A stretch of 64,000 bases of DNA from Mobula hypostoma (GCF_963921235.1 NC_086097.1:200634001-200698000); one strand, 5' to 3'. Positions 41,559-55,489 are shown, numbered from the stretch's first letter. Numbers and translations: made by a program. Notes: generated from the sequence alone by a model not told the origin.

Positions 41559-44514
41559 TTAAATTTAGCAAGGCATTTTAAATGATAGATGTTGTTTGTT
41601 GCTCCAGATTCCAACCTGCTACAGGAACTCAGTGGGGCAAGCAGCATCTGTGTGGGGTGGGAAGAATTGTTGATATTTTGGGCCAAAACCCTGCAACAGT
41701 ATAGGACTGGTTTCCTCCAGCAGGTTGTTTGCTACTCCAGTTTAAAAGATTATCATGCATGGGTAGTCTATTCATGTTTAAGTAAAATGAACTATCTGGT
41801 AATACAAATAAAACAACACTAAGAATATAGCACAAAATTAGTCACTTAGTTGAACTAGTTTATGAATGAGTTTGTACATAACTAAACCTTCCTCCCATTT
41901 ATTACTTTTCCTCATTACATCTTCTATTCCTTTCTCCAAGTTCTGCTTCACAAGCTTCTCTCGAAATGTATTCCTCTGTCTTCTAAATAGCTCTCATGGT
42001 AATTAGCTACACATTCCTATCATTCTCAAGAGAAACACTGTACAACCTTACAAATATACAATTCAGTTTACAAACTCGAAACTTTTTGAATTGTGCCTTT
42101 TTTAAAAATCTATCCACCCCCCCATTAACATTCTTAAAGGATACCAATACTTGTTACTATAGTCCCTCAATTCTATATTTTAAAAAATAGCCTTAATTAG
42201 CTCAATAATTAACATGTTGACATATTCAATAAATTCTGGAGCTGGAATTTCCAACCTGCAGGATTCAAGGGCAACTATTTGATAGCTTACCAGTTTAAGC
42301 ACCTATAAATATCTATTTAAAAGATACAAGCAACATTTAAAAAAATATATATACTACATGGAAATGTGCACAATTGCTAGTGCCTTTCCTTGAGTTTAGA
42401 AGATTGAGTGACCCAATTAACAGAACAGATTGAAAATGTTTTGGCATACACAGATGGAACTCTATCATTCAGTACTGAAGTCCGGAAGGAGTTGCTCACT
42501 ACAAGTTGGAAGAAATCTACAGCACATTTTCAAATTGTTGTGGATACAGGCTCAACTGAGATTTCTAGTTCTATGATTTGCAGATTTTTCAGGGCACATG
42601 GATCAAAGCTAGTAGTAAAAGCAGCTGAGGTACATACTGGTAATAATGAATGCTCAGATAGCTAGTGGTTTACTCTCATTTGTTATACGTTTCAATAAAA
42701 TCAGTTTATATCTACATAAATTATACCTGCATTTCAACTGACTCTATAGGAAAATGTCTTTCATTAACGAAAATCTTATTTGAGTTTCAAGTATGAAGTG
42801 CCCATAAACAATTTCACCCAGCAGTTTCGATTTTCAGAAGCACTTTCCGGGAATGCGTGCTTGTAAATTGAGTGGCTACTTCATAAAATTGTTAATTATT
42901 TCCACTATTGATAATATAGAAATACTCAGGCTCATGGAGGACTACTGAATTCTCCACCATTTCAAACGTGAGAACGAGCATAATGTTGCAAGATAATCAC
43001 AAGCTCACATAACCAATGGTTTATATTAGTGATCCATGTCTTCATAAAGAAGGGAAAGTTAACAGGTTTAATTCATTATAACATTGCCTCACAAATCTTA
43101 TTTTGACTGAAATATTTAAATAAAGATAAGGTGATTATAAATGAAACTGTATTTTGAAACTTTACTGACACTATCAAAGATAGGTTCAGTTGCATAATAG
43201 TTACAGCACTACAATCTAATGCCTTATACAGTCACACTGACCAGGTTATATACATTGTAGTTCAGTGGTCATTAACCTTTTTTGAAGCATCTTCTTAAAA
43301 ATTCTTCTTCATACAAATCCTTTAACAAAACTACGAGTTTTCCGAAGTAACAAAATACATCATATAAGCTCAATTCTAATCAAAATAATTCAACTTCAAA
43401 ATAAGTGATGTATCAACTTATAGAAAAACATTAGCTTATGCTTAAGCACAAAATTTCCCTTTTAAGCAGTATCAAACCAGAAGTCACAGGAATATATTAT
43501 AGTAAAATCTCTGGAAATTTAAGTTTCCTTGTGACAAGTTCTAGCAGGCAAGCATGACTAGATCAGCTGGCACGCACTCAAGACACTTTACAAGTTAACA
43601 CTAGTGAATAAGTGAGGAGTTGAGTGTTGAACTACAGGAAAAGGAGGGAAACAGGTGAGCCAGAGTACATGTGTGGAAAAGAGACAGCTGGGGGGAGTGG
43701 GGGCCAGTAAGGACAGTAGACTAGTAGGAAATATGCAATTGGTGTATAGGAGAAAATTGAAAAGATGACATTTATTGTCCTCAATGTTAGAGGAATTATC
43801 CTGACATCACATAATGGAGATCAGACAGCGTGACAATTCAGTAACTATGAAGAGAGATGTTTGTGTAGTCAGGTAGGAATGGTATATGTCTGCATAAATA
43901 TGGAAACAGGTATCATTTTGAACATTCCCACAATTGCTTTGCTAATTCATATTTTGCATCCTAGCACCTTTTCCTCCTCCTCTTCCCCACCCCACCCCCA
44001 AACTTCAGTTTCTTTCAATCGCTGAATTATCATTTGTATCAGCCAGTCCCTCTCTTGCTTTTCACCCTTTCACCGATACACCCACTGTTCTTTCCAACCC
44101 TTCCCCTTCTCTGCAACTTTAACTCTGATTTCCAAATTTTGGTCAGTTCAGATGAAAAGAAACGGAAACACTAACCATTCCTTTCTCCACTGATGCTGCC
44201 TGACTTGCTGAGTATTTTCTTCATTTTGCTTTGGGTTTTCCCCCAAAAAGATAACGCATGCAGTAAATTTACTTTAAAAAAAACACTGGACTCATTAATG
44301 CAGATTAATTGGCAGCTAGGAAAAAAACTCTAACAGTAACCATATTAATCCTATATACAGTATGTTTGTGTTACAATAAGTCTTCACCAGATCTACCTCA
44401 AGCTAGGAAAACCAAAAATGAAATAATAATTTCCATAGTGGAGATTTGATTCAGCTACCTCAAATTAGCCACATTGATCTTTTAATTACAGAATAAACTT
44501 TAACTGTTCAATTT

Positions 44515-45095
44515 GTCCACCAGTCCTCATCAAGGGGTTAGCAGTGGAAAGAGAAGCAGTTTCAAGTTCCTGATGTCAACATCTCTGAAGATCTATCCTG
44601 AACTCAACATATTGAAGGAATTATGCTTGGTGAGATTTGTCATGTACCCAAAGATTCTAGCAAATTTCTATAGAAGTACCGTAGAAAACTTTCTAACTGG
44701 TTGAATTACCATCAGGCATGGAGAAGTCACTGCATAGGATCGGAAAGAGCTGCAGAAAGCATTGAGGACACTGTCAAAACGTGATGCCTCAAAAAAAGGT
44801 GAGATCCATGATTAAGGACCTTAATACTCAGTGCATGCCTTCTTTTTATTACTGGCAATAGGGAGGATATACAGGAGCTTGAAGGCACACACTCAATGTT
44901 TAAGAACAGTTTGTTTCCCTCCATCAGATTTCTGAACAGTCCATAAACCCATGAACACTAAATCACTATTTTGCCCTTTTTCACTATTTATTTTTATATT
45001 TCCTCATGTAACAGTATTTTTAATTATGTATTATACTGTACCGCTGTTGCAGAACGAAATTCATGGCACATGTCAGTAATAATAAACCTGATTGA
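44515..45095 (+). mobile_element. Rex1/Babar-type LINE 3' fragment
   Basis: SSFKFL, ILANFYRSTVENFLTG; tail taataaacctgatt. Confidence 0.65.
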
Positions 45096-46290
45096 GTCAT
45101 ATTCAGCCATTTACTAGAAAGCAGATTCTGGAGAGAAATAGCTATTTCTGATTTTCTGTAACAAGCAGCATTACCATGAGATGACAAATAAAAGCTAAAT
45201 TGAGAACTACACATTAAATCTACTCTAGGAGTAGGCGAACCAAGCAGTTAAAGGCTTAAAAATTAAAAAGCAAGTTTGAAAACCTCAAATGAAGATCTTT
45301 GTATTAACTAGTTTTTAAATAGAAGAATAAGATCTGCAAAACTAAATACTTTCAGCTATAGACTCAAAACTGATCGATGAGATTGTTGCACATTTTTATG
45401 CCTCAGGCAGAATCTTAGAGCAACCATTGCACAGAAATTACAAAGCATCTCCATATACTAAAAACAGATTTTATAGCAAATACGCTCCACAAGCAACCTG
45501 GTTAGAATTCAAAATGCTTAGAGGATTATTACAGGATTACTCGCCTTCCTGATCACATCAACTGTAAGGCAACATTACAAATTTGTCCCTTTGAACATAG
45601 AATAAAATTGAAATAAATGCTGGTATCTAAATTTAAGGAGACTCAAAAAAGAACACTTGTCCAAATTTGCAGTATTACAAGCAGCTTAAACAAAAATTAA
45701 CTTCTAATAGCATTGAACAACATTGTAGAATAACACACAGATTTCAATTAATTTTGAAATTGATAAATACAGTTGCCATCTAAGCTCTTGCCACATTATT
45801 ATTATTTCTGCATCATAGTGACCAATACTCCAAGTATTATCCATGTTGTTAGTTACCAGCCAATCGAACTACCCATGACAAAACCTCTACATCTCCTACT
45901 GGTCCAAAAATTCCATTTGGCATCAAAAGCAACCAATGCTATATTTATCTTGAAAGTTGTTGAGTTCTGACTGTAATATGTATATAGAGAGACAACAGTA
46001 CGAGTGGGAGAAATGATAAATCAGGCAAGAAAACTGTATGGACCGCCATACATGGCTGAGCATGCAATTTAAAAAAATAAATACAATTATAGAACTATTC
46101 AAACTATTCCAACTTTGTGCTAAATTGGCAATGAATCCTTGATCATTTATCTTACGAAATATTACTCCAGGTTTAAAGAAAATGTGTGCTATGCAGGAAT
46201 TCCATAGCCCTCAGTATGTTCATGCCAAATGCACGCCATTCTAATCCTAGTTTCATATGGATTTCCTACAAGCCTTTATATTATTCCATT

Positions 46291-47980
46291 TTAACACACA
46301 AAATGCTGGAGGAACTCAACAGGCCAGGCAGCATCAACGGAAAAGAGTATAGTTGATGCTGGACCAGATGGGATACAACCAGACGTCCTGAAGAACTGCG
46401 ACCTGGACGACATCTTGCTGGACATATGCAATACGGCATTGATGAAAGGCGACAAACCAGAACAGTGGTCACTCTCAAACATTATCCCAGTCCCCAAGTC
46501 TGGATCCCTCACAAAGACAGTTAACTACCACGGAATCAGCTTGACCTGCATCTTAGCGAAGTTATACAATCAGATGATCTTGAACAGGATTCGCACTGCT
46601 ATTGACCCTAAGCTAAGAATCAATCAGAATGGTTTTCGGCAGAAGCGCACAACAGTAATGCAAATACTTGCTCTCCGTAGGATCATCGAGGAAGTCAAGA
46701 AGAACAACCTACCAGCCGTGCTTACTTACATCTATTTTCGCAAAGCTTTTGACTCCATTCACTGAGTTAAAATGCTGAAGATCCTGAAAGCTTACGGAGT
46801 GCCAGACCATCTACTGAGAAGAATAGAGTCCAGCTATACCTAAACCATGGCGAAAGTTGTATCGCCAGACGGAGAAACAGCAGTGTTCGAGCTCCGAGCT
46901 GGTGTGCTGCAAGGAGACACTCTGGCACCCTACATCTTTATAATCGTCCTTGAGTACGTTCTGTGTCAAGCTACCAAAGATCATGACAAGCTTGGTTTTA
47001 CCATAAAACCATGGCGAACCAAAAGGGTCAGACCAGTTACACTCACAGATCTCAGTTTTGCAGATGACACAGTCCTGCTCTCTGACCAGATGGAGGAAGC
47101 ACAGCAGCTACTGACAAAAGTGGAAATAGAATGCAATAAAGTTAGACTTCACCTAAGCGCTAAAAACGCAGAGTACATGGCGTTTAACTGTGACCAAGGT
47201 ACTCTCAAGACCATAGAGAATGATACCATTAAGAAAGTCTTTGACTACAAGTACCTCGGGTCAAGAATGATGAGTTTGGAGAAGGACTAAAGATACGGAA
47301 GGCGCTGGTGTGGAGTGCTATGAACGACATGAAGGAAATCTGGAAATCGAACCTGACCAGAGGGCTTAAAAAGAGGATTTTCATAGCAGTCATAGAGTCC
47401 ATTCTCACGTACGGATGCGAGACGTGGACACTCACCAAGACAATACGAAAGTCTCTAGATGGTTGCTATACATGAATGCTCCGGATGGCTCTTGATGTGA
47501 GTTGGCAACAGCACATGACGAACGTTGAGCTCTATAACAACCTACCGATGCTCTCCACTAAAATCGAGGTGAGAAGACTGCAACTAGCGGGGCACTGTCT
47601 ACGCCACCCCGAGCTACCTGCCAGCCTAGTCACCATATGGGAGCCCAAGCATGGGAGGATGAACCCTGGGCGCCCTCCCAAGGCTATGGTCAACATGCTC
47701 CTGGAAAACAGCGGTGTGGCTAATGTAGATGAATTGAACACACTGATGAGGGAAAGGGAGAAGTGGAGAGTCCATCATCGTGCCCGACGCCGGCCCCCTA
47801 GGCCTGAGTCGACGTAGTAGTAGTAGTGACGTTTCAGGCCGCCACCCATCATCAGGACCTGAAGAAAGGTTGGCCCAAAACACTGATTATACTCTTTTCC
47901 ATAGATGCTGCCTGGCCTGCTGAGTTCCTCCAGCACTTTGTGTGTGTTGCTTGGACTTCCAGCATCTGAAGATTTTCTTG
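46291..47980. repeat. Palindromic Penelope-pLTR-derived repeat split by an RTE LINE (arms 46291-46358 and 47827-47980)
   Basis: Left arm cacacaaaatgctggaggaactcaacaggccaggcagcatc is the reverse complement of right arm gatgctgcctggcctgctgagttcctccagcactttgtgtg. Back-to-back hammerhead-like cores at 47827-47890. Confidence 0.8.
46358..47826 (+). mobile_element. RTE-clade LINE, 5'-truncated, with (TAG)4 tail
   Basis: AGPDGI, NQNGFR, FRKAFDSIH, GVLQGDTLAP, SFADD, YKYLGS, LQLAGHCLRH, GRP. ORF stop at 47815-47817 is the first TAG of the tail. Confidence 0.85.
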
Positions 47981-48649
47981 CTTATCATTCCGTTACAAAT
48001 GATTTTATAAGAGTTATGGTCTTACACAGACACCCAAGATCCTATCCTAGGTTATGATGTTGGAAAAAGGTACTCTAAAGGAACCACTTTTCTACTGTAA
48101 ACCTGTAATACTATAAATTACTCTGGATTTGCTCAAGTTGAGAAAGAATAGAACTTTGCTTCACATTATAGAACTGAAATCAGGATTCATACTGGAAGCA
48201 TGTGATTCAAATCGTAATGCTATAAAATTAATCTATTACCCTAATCAGCCTACATCAGCTAACTGCCTATGACCGATTTCTTCCAGCATGGTAGCAGGCT
48301 CAACCTTCTGACAGAAGGCCAGCATCCAGCTAATGTACAAAAACCTGTGTTTCCAATTTAAATGATAGGCTCCACCGCTCAACAGATTTGACAATAAGCA
48401 ATACTCTGCTCTGCCAGTTCACTGTATTGTCAAATGCAAATGAACAAGTAAACAATTGTTGACTTTACAAGAACAATAGTGCATCTTTCAACTTCTAATG
48501 CATTTAAGTTTGGAAATATAAGCTTTACGATTGTGGGAAATGCTGCACAGTATCATATACTAATCTCTGCAGTACATTTAATACATTGATTGCATCGTAA
48601 AACCATGGACAGTCAATCCCCTTGTAAAGCACAACACAAAGATTCTGGT

Positions 48650-50707
48650 AAGTTAAAGGGGGAAAGAATATAGTAAATGATAGGACCCTCAGAAGCACTG
48701 ATGAACTGAAGGAGCCTGGGGTGCAAATCCACAGTTGCTTGAAAGTGGCAACACAGGCTGACAGGGTGTTAAAGAACACACATTACACTTGCCTTCATTG
48801 GTCAGGGCATCGAGTATAAAAGTTCAGAGGTCATGATGCATCAGCATAAAGCTTTGATACGCTCACATATGGAGTACTGTGTGCAGTTGTGGACACTATA
48901 CTATGTTTTGGAAAGGGTGCAGAAGTCGTCCATCAGAATGTTGCCTAGAGTGGAGAGTATTAACAATAAGGAAAGAAATGGCCAAAGTTGAAATGTCAGA
49001 GGGTGAGGGGCAGCCTCATGGAAATATGTAAAACTATGAAAGGCAGAGTCAGGGCAGACGGCCAGAGTCTATTTCCCAAGATAAAAATGTCAAATAGACT
49101 CCACAGCTTTAAGATGAGAGTGGGAAAGCTTAAAGGAGATTTATGAGGCAAGTGATATTTACAGAGAATACAAGTATATGGATCTTGTGCATGCAGATGT
49201 GATGAGTTTAGTTTGCCACCACAGTAGATACAAACATCGTGGGCTAAGCAACTAAAAAGAGAGTTTTTAAGGAGGCTAGGATGGAATACGAAAGTAAGCT
49301 AGTCAATAATATTAAAGATGATACCAAAGTTTCCTCAGATACATAATGCGTAAAAGAGAGGATATCAGACCACTGGAAAACAATGCTGGAGAGGCAGTAA
49401 TGGGGGACTACGAAATAGCTGACAAACTAAATAAATATTTTGCATCAGTTGTCAATATGGAAGACATTAGCAAGATGGTGGACGTTCCAGGTGTCAGGGA
49501 GCATGAAGTGTGAAATTCCCATAATTAGGGAGAAGGTTCTTGAGAAACTAAAAGGTCTGAAGGTAGATAAGTCACCTGGACCAGATGGTCTACACCCCAG
49601 AGTTCTGAAGGAGGTGGCTGAAGAGATTGTGGAGGCATTAGTAATGACCTTTCAAAAATCACTAGATTCTGCAACAGTTCCAGAAGACTGGAAAATCGCT
49701 AATGCCACTCCATTCTTAAAGAAGGGACAGAGGCAGTAGAAAGGAAATTATAGGCCAGTTAGTCTGACTTCAGTGGTTGGGAAGATGTTGGAGTCGATTA
49801 TCAAGGACGAAGTCACAGGGTATTGGAGGCACATAAGATAGGACGTAGTCAGCATGGTTTCTTCAAGGGAAAATCTGACAAATCTGTTGGAATTCTTTGA
49901 AGTAGTAACAAGCAGGACAAAGGAGAAATCAGTTAATATTGTGTACTTAGATTTTCAGAAAGGCTTTGACAAGGTGTCACACGAGACTGCTTAACAAGCT
50001 ACAAGACCATGGTATTACAGGAAAGTTTCTGGCATGGATAAAGCAGTGGCTGATTGGCAGGAGGCAAAGAGTGGGAATAAAGGCAACCTTGACTGGCTGC
50101 CATTGACTAATGGTGTTCCACACAGGTCTGTGTTGGGACCAATTCTTTTTTACGTTATATGTCAATGATTTGAATGATGGAATTGATGGCTTTATTGCAC
50201 AGTTTTCAGATGATATAAAGATATGTGGACGGGCCAGTAGTTTTGAAGAAGTACAGAGGCTACCGAAGGACTTAGATTAGGAGAATGGACAAAGAAATAG
50301 CAGATGGAATACAGTGTTGGGAACTGTATGGTCATGCACTTCAGTAGAAGAAATGAAAGGGTTGACTATTTTCTAAATAGAGAGAAAATACAAAAACTGA
50401 GGCATAAAGGGACTTGGGAGTCCTTGTGCAGGATTACCCAAAGGTTAATTTGCAGCGAATCTGTGGTGAGGAAGGCAAATTTGATATTAACATTCATTTC
50501 AAGGGGACTAGAATATAAAAACAAGGATGTAGTGTTGAAACTTTATAAAGCCTCATTTGGAATACTGTGAGCACTTTTGGGCCCCTTATCTTAGAGAGGA
50601 GGTACTGAAACTGAAGATGATTCAAAGGTGATTCACGAAATGATGAAATGACAGAGCAGACTCAATGAGCCAAATGGCCTAATTCTGCTCCTACATCTTA
50701 CGGTCTA
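48650..50707 (+). mobile_element. Two adjacent CR1 fragments (~48650-49250 old; ~49250-50707)
   Basis: KSPGPDGLHPRVLKE, EDWKIAN, RT core, and tail ggcctaattctgctcctacatcttacggtct. Confidence 0.85.
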
Positions 50708-52968
50708 AGGAGCTGTATAGAGCATAGAACAGTAAAGGGCTATTCATTTATACCTTCTGATGAAGCTGCAATTATCTCACAGAAGTGAGAGTGTACATTC
50801 TGGCCACCAGGAATGCCTAGGCAAACATATTGCTACATCAAATGAAATATCATTTGAAGTATTAGATACATTAGTTCAATTTTAGTGTCATTCAGCCATA
50901 CACGTGTATACAGCTAAACAAGACATCGTTTCTCTGGAGCCACAGTGCAAAACATGTTACATAGTCACACCATTATGACAAATCACAATACAGTCACAAA
51001 ATAATATTGCACATATTTCTGAGTGGCATGGCCTGAAGATTGATGTCCTGGAGCCATATTTCTGTAAGAATTGTATGCAGCAGTTTCTCATCTCATGCGG
51101 GTCAGATGCAACCAAAAATAATCCAGTTTGTTTTCCAGGGAGTGGAACTGGAGGGCAGCACTGACAGGTGAGCTGGCCTGCAGGAGTTAGTCTTTTAACC
51201 TATCACAAATTCTAGTACACTTTCTGAACCCACTTGCAGAGCCTCCTCTCCTAAGTGCTGTAACATGTATAAGAGTCTGCAGATCCTGGTCTGAGCAACA
51301 GCCCAAGGTATCGCCCAAGTGTCAAGTTTCAAGGGTTAGAATCATTGCCAAACAGTACAGAACTGTATTGCAAGATGGCTCCAATGACCAACGGCATTTT
51401 GCAGATAGCTCACAAAACTACTAGGTACCCCAGTAGTTATACTTCTTCTGAACTGTGATTGATGCAGTCTGCATTTTCCCTTTTAAATAGGTTCTTTTGA
51501 ACCCACTAAATGATCTGGCGGTTTTGCGACGGCCTGGGGGATTCAGTAAACTAGATGCTTAAGAATGCAGGTATGGATGGGCAGTCATCGCTTGGGGTGA
51601 ATGCTGCATCAGGATGTGGCCGGCTCCACGTTACTCCACAAGGACTAAAGCATCAAGCAAGATTAAAGCTGTTGAGGACAAGAGCAGAAAACAAACAGGT
51701 GTTCAGCACAGTCTGCCTGTGTTTGACCAGTCTCCCTCTCTTCTTGCTACAACCATTGGGCGGAAGGTGCAGGAGTCCTGGGCCCACACCAGCAGGTTCA
51801 GGAGCAGTTGTTGCTCTGCAGCCATCGGTCTCCTGGACGGGCTTCACTTGCCTCAGTGTTGAAAGTGTTCCGCAACTGTGGACTCTGTTTCAGGGACTCT
51901 AGTTCATGTTCCATTGTTTTTGTTTACTTATTAGCTTGTCTTGTCCTGTTTTACTGGTTTACTTATTTGCATGATTTTATCATGGCTTCAAGGCCAAGGG
52001 TGAAGGATGAACTGGCGTTCAAGCTCACTACTCCACAAGGTTTACTCATTTCAGTACTGACCTGGCTCTGCACCTGTGGCCTGCAACCCTAGTGCTGAAC
52101 TGATTTCATGGCTGCACTCTGATTTCACTCTGCAGTTAATGTTCTGTATGGTTGTTCACTTTTTTAAAATTGTTCGCACTATTTATCTTTTTTTTTAAAA
52201 AAATACACATTGGGGGTCTGACAAACTTTATTGTGTGGCATTTTCAAAAATGAGTTCTGTAATGTCTTTGTTTTGTGTCTGTCTGCAAGAAGACCAAAAT
52301 CAAGGATGTATAAAGTGTGCACATTTTGATCATAAATGTACTTTGAACTGATGGAACTTCACCAACTGTCTGGTTTCTCTTTCAACAGATGTGGCTTGAC
52401 CAGCTGAGTTCTTCCATCTGTTTTGTTTTATTCACTGTAATATATTAGAGAATAGCACTTCTAAGCAACTTCTGCAAACTAAAGGTTTCAACAAATCTAC
52501 CCCGTTGTACAACACTGCACCTTAGGAACAATCTCTTGATGGAGGCTCATGGTCACCAGCCTTCTTAAGCCCAAGATCCCCTATCTCAGCCTCAGTGAAA
52601 GGCAAGATCTACCTACTAAATCGTTTAGAGGGAAAACAGCTCAGATTGTACTTCCAAATTGAGGCCTTTTATTTGGGCTAATTGTATTTGATTAACACAA
52701 AATACTTTTGTCAAACTTTCAATTTAATTCAAACAAGAAAACACTGTAACTATCAAATCAAACAGGCCATAGCTGTCTTTAAGAATATTACAATACTTCA
52801 CACCTTTACCTCTAAGTTTCATTATTTAATTTTATTTCAACACGAAAAATAAATGAATAAAAATTAACTGTTGCACTCAGTGGGATGATTGGGGCTGAAT
52901 ACTTTCTGCTAGTTCCTGAAATCTGGCTCATAACTACAGACAGCCAGTCTGAGGCAGTCTGTGAGGTA

Positions 52969-53773
52969 TAGGGTTGCCAACTGTCCCATATTTGCCAGGA
53001 CATCCCGTATATTGGGATAAATTGGTTTGTCCCATACAGGACCGTCCTTGTCCCGTACTTCCCCTGCTAAGGTAGAGCGTTCCTATGAAACCTTTCGTGC
53101 CGAAATGGCGTGAAGCGAAGAAGCAATTACTATTAATTTATATGGGAAAAATTTTTGAGCATTCCCAGACCCAAAAAAAACCTACTAAATCATACCGTGT
53201 CTTGCGAGACCATGGATCTGCGCCTGGAAAGTCTTCACTCTCCAGGGCGTAGGCCTGGGCAAGGCTGACCAGCACTTGCCCATGCTGAAAGGCTCCCCTC
53301 TCCACAACACCAATGTTGTCCAAGGGCAGGGCCTTAGGACCCATACAGCTTGGCACCAGTATCGTCGCAGAGCAATGTGTGATTAAGTACCTTGCTCAAG
53401 GACACAACACGTTCCCTCGGCTGGGGCTTGAACTCACGACCTTCAGATCGCTAGACCAATGCCTTAACCACTTGGCTACATACCCACACTAAATCATACC
53501 AAATAACACATAAAACCTAAAATAACACTAACATATAGTATAAGCAGGAATGATACGATAAATACATAGCCTATATAAAGTAGAAATAATGAAGATTAAG
53601 CCAATTCGTGGGGGGGGGGTGGGGAAGAGAGTCAGCACGTACGCGCATGCACAAACAGGTGCCCTCGCAAGGCTTCAAGGTCACGGTAGTCTTTTGTGGG
53701 GTAAACACAAGTGTCCCGGGATTTGACTGCTACTTTTGTCCCTTATTTGGGAGTGAGGAAGTTGGCAACCCTA
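52969..53773. mobile_element. Non-autonomous hAT element containing a Tigger 3'-end fragment
   Basis: TIRs TAGGGTTGCCAAC / GTTGGCAACCCTA; 8-bp TSD GTGAGGTA / GTGAGGTG. Interior 53060-53590 is the reverse complement of the Tigger right end. Confidence 0.85.
53197..53487 (-). mobile_element. tRNA-derived SINE (291 bp)
   Basis: 13-bp TSD ACTAAATCATACC (53184-53196, 53488-53500). Head with A box TAGCCAAGTGG and B box GAGTTCAAGCC, then CORE-like tgtgtccttgagcaaggtacttaa. Confidence 0.85.
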
Positions 53774-55489
53774 GTGAGGTGTCCGTCAGTTAGTCAGCTC
53801 CTGTACTTAAATATAATAATTATCATCTGTGAAAATGCAATTTCACATAGATAAGTTGACCCAAAGTAGGCACTGACTTTTAGTGCTATAAAACCAACGC
53901 GCACACAGCGCATTGCTGGGGCCCCATCAGTAGTAATTGCCACCAGTTTATGAATGGGGATGTCATTTTCACTGACATTTTTTAAACTCATTGTAAATAT
54001 CCTCACCTCTCATTCTCTCCTTTAATTGCAAAACAGTGAGGAAGTCCTCCTTTGTCGTAAAATCCTGGAAAGCCATTCTGACAAATACAAGCTGAGCTGT
54101 TTACATTACATCCAGGGATTCATCGAACTGTAGTGAAAAATATTCACGTCCTCTGACAGTGACTCTACCTTCCTTGTTACTGTTGCAGGGCCAAGTGGTA
54201 TATTATGTATTGCGGTTGTGATGTCATTTTTGTTTTCGAAGTCATTAAAAACAGTCTCTGCAGTAATGGCCATTGCTTCCTTGAATAAATCGCTATCTGT
54301 AAAGACTTCTTGTGTATAGCCAAAAGGTGACTTTAACACAAAATAATGCTTCAATAGCAGCCTTATTTTGAGCAGCATATTTTGTGAAAAACGAATGCAG
54401 GGCCTTCAACCTTGATTTCAGCTCCTCAACTTTCCAGGCATGAATTGCGCACTTTGGGGGGGGGGTAGGTGTCTTTAAATTTCTGGTGTTTGATGTTGTG
54501 GTGCCGCTCCAGATTCCTTCTTTTAGTCAGTGCTTGTGTTTAATGGCACAACATACATACACACTTGTCTTTCACCAAGGTAAATAGAAATTCCTCTTCC
54601 CATTCTGGATGGAATTTGTATGTTTTCGCCTTCTTTCGTGGAGCCTCTGCTATGCTATCAGGATATCACGAGTGATTGCCGATTGTGTCGCCTCTGATCT
54701 GTGCCAACATTTATGTGCCGGGTGGCACCTAATTAATTAGCTGGTTTATTTCAGTTTCTTTTTTCTTTAAGATTTGCTGGGTACGTTCTGACTACCGCTG
54801 CACCACTGCATGCTTCGCGGCCCGGAGGTTAGGGACCACTGCCGTGTATTCATGTTTGCGACAGTCTGCACTCTTATCTAATCTAACTGGTCACTTTGAT
54901 GCAGCACAAGCTACGCTGAAAACACGGTGCATGGCGGGGGAACTATACACATGCGCACTGGGCAGAAAGAACAGAACTAAACCCCCGCAACCTGGAAACA
55001 ATTGCTCTTTATAAACAGTGTTCAGCAGCAAAAGTATTGCTATATTACCATTAGTCTAATTATTATTGCTTACTTTTATAATGCTCACATTACAACAACA
55101 TTTGAGTATTTATTTTTGATTTTTTTTCAGGATCTACTGGGAAAGTCTCAAAGATCGACCAGTCGATCGCGATCGATGGGTTGGCAACCCCTAATAGACA
55201 ATGACAAAATTCACCACTGCTTTCCAAGCACAGGTAAACAGAAAAATTGTCTGATTGAAGACTTAGTCCTCAATTCTGATGAAATTTATATTCACTGGGC
55301 AACAATGAAACACCTCGTGTATGGCTCCAAAATAGCTACCACCTGCAACAGGCACCTCAAAACACCAGTACCTCTTAAAAACCTTCCAAATCCACTGGTA
55401 GGTTTAAGTGAACCAATATCACTGTTCTCTCTCAATATCCCAGTATTAAAGGTACTAATTACACTCAGTCAGTTTTGATGGGCATATTG

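Larger units (their letters stand above)
52548..55192 (-). mobile_element. Composite hAT (Charlie/SPIN-like) region with transposase remnants at ~53790-54660
   Basis: KFHPEWEEEFLF...CVCMLC, ITTDGAPAM, FGSTYLCEIAFSQM. TIR-like ends ggttagggaccactg (54841) and ggttggcaacccct (55192). Outer limits approximate. Confidence 0.7.

Noticed and set aside
42408..42665. 85-aa ORF in unique sequence
   Set aside because: Non-ATG start, no recognisable domain, and antisense within an intron. Length is compatible with chance.
53415..53487. Possible tRNA gene
   Set aside because: It is the head of a SINE bounded by a 13-bp TSD.
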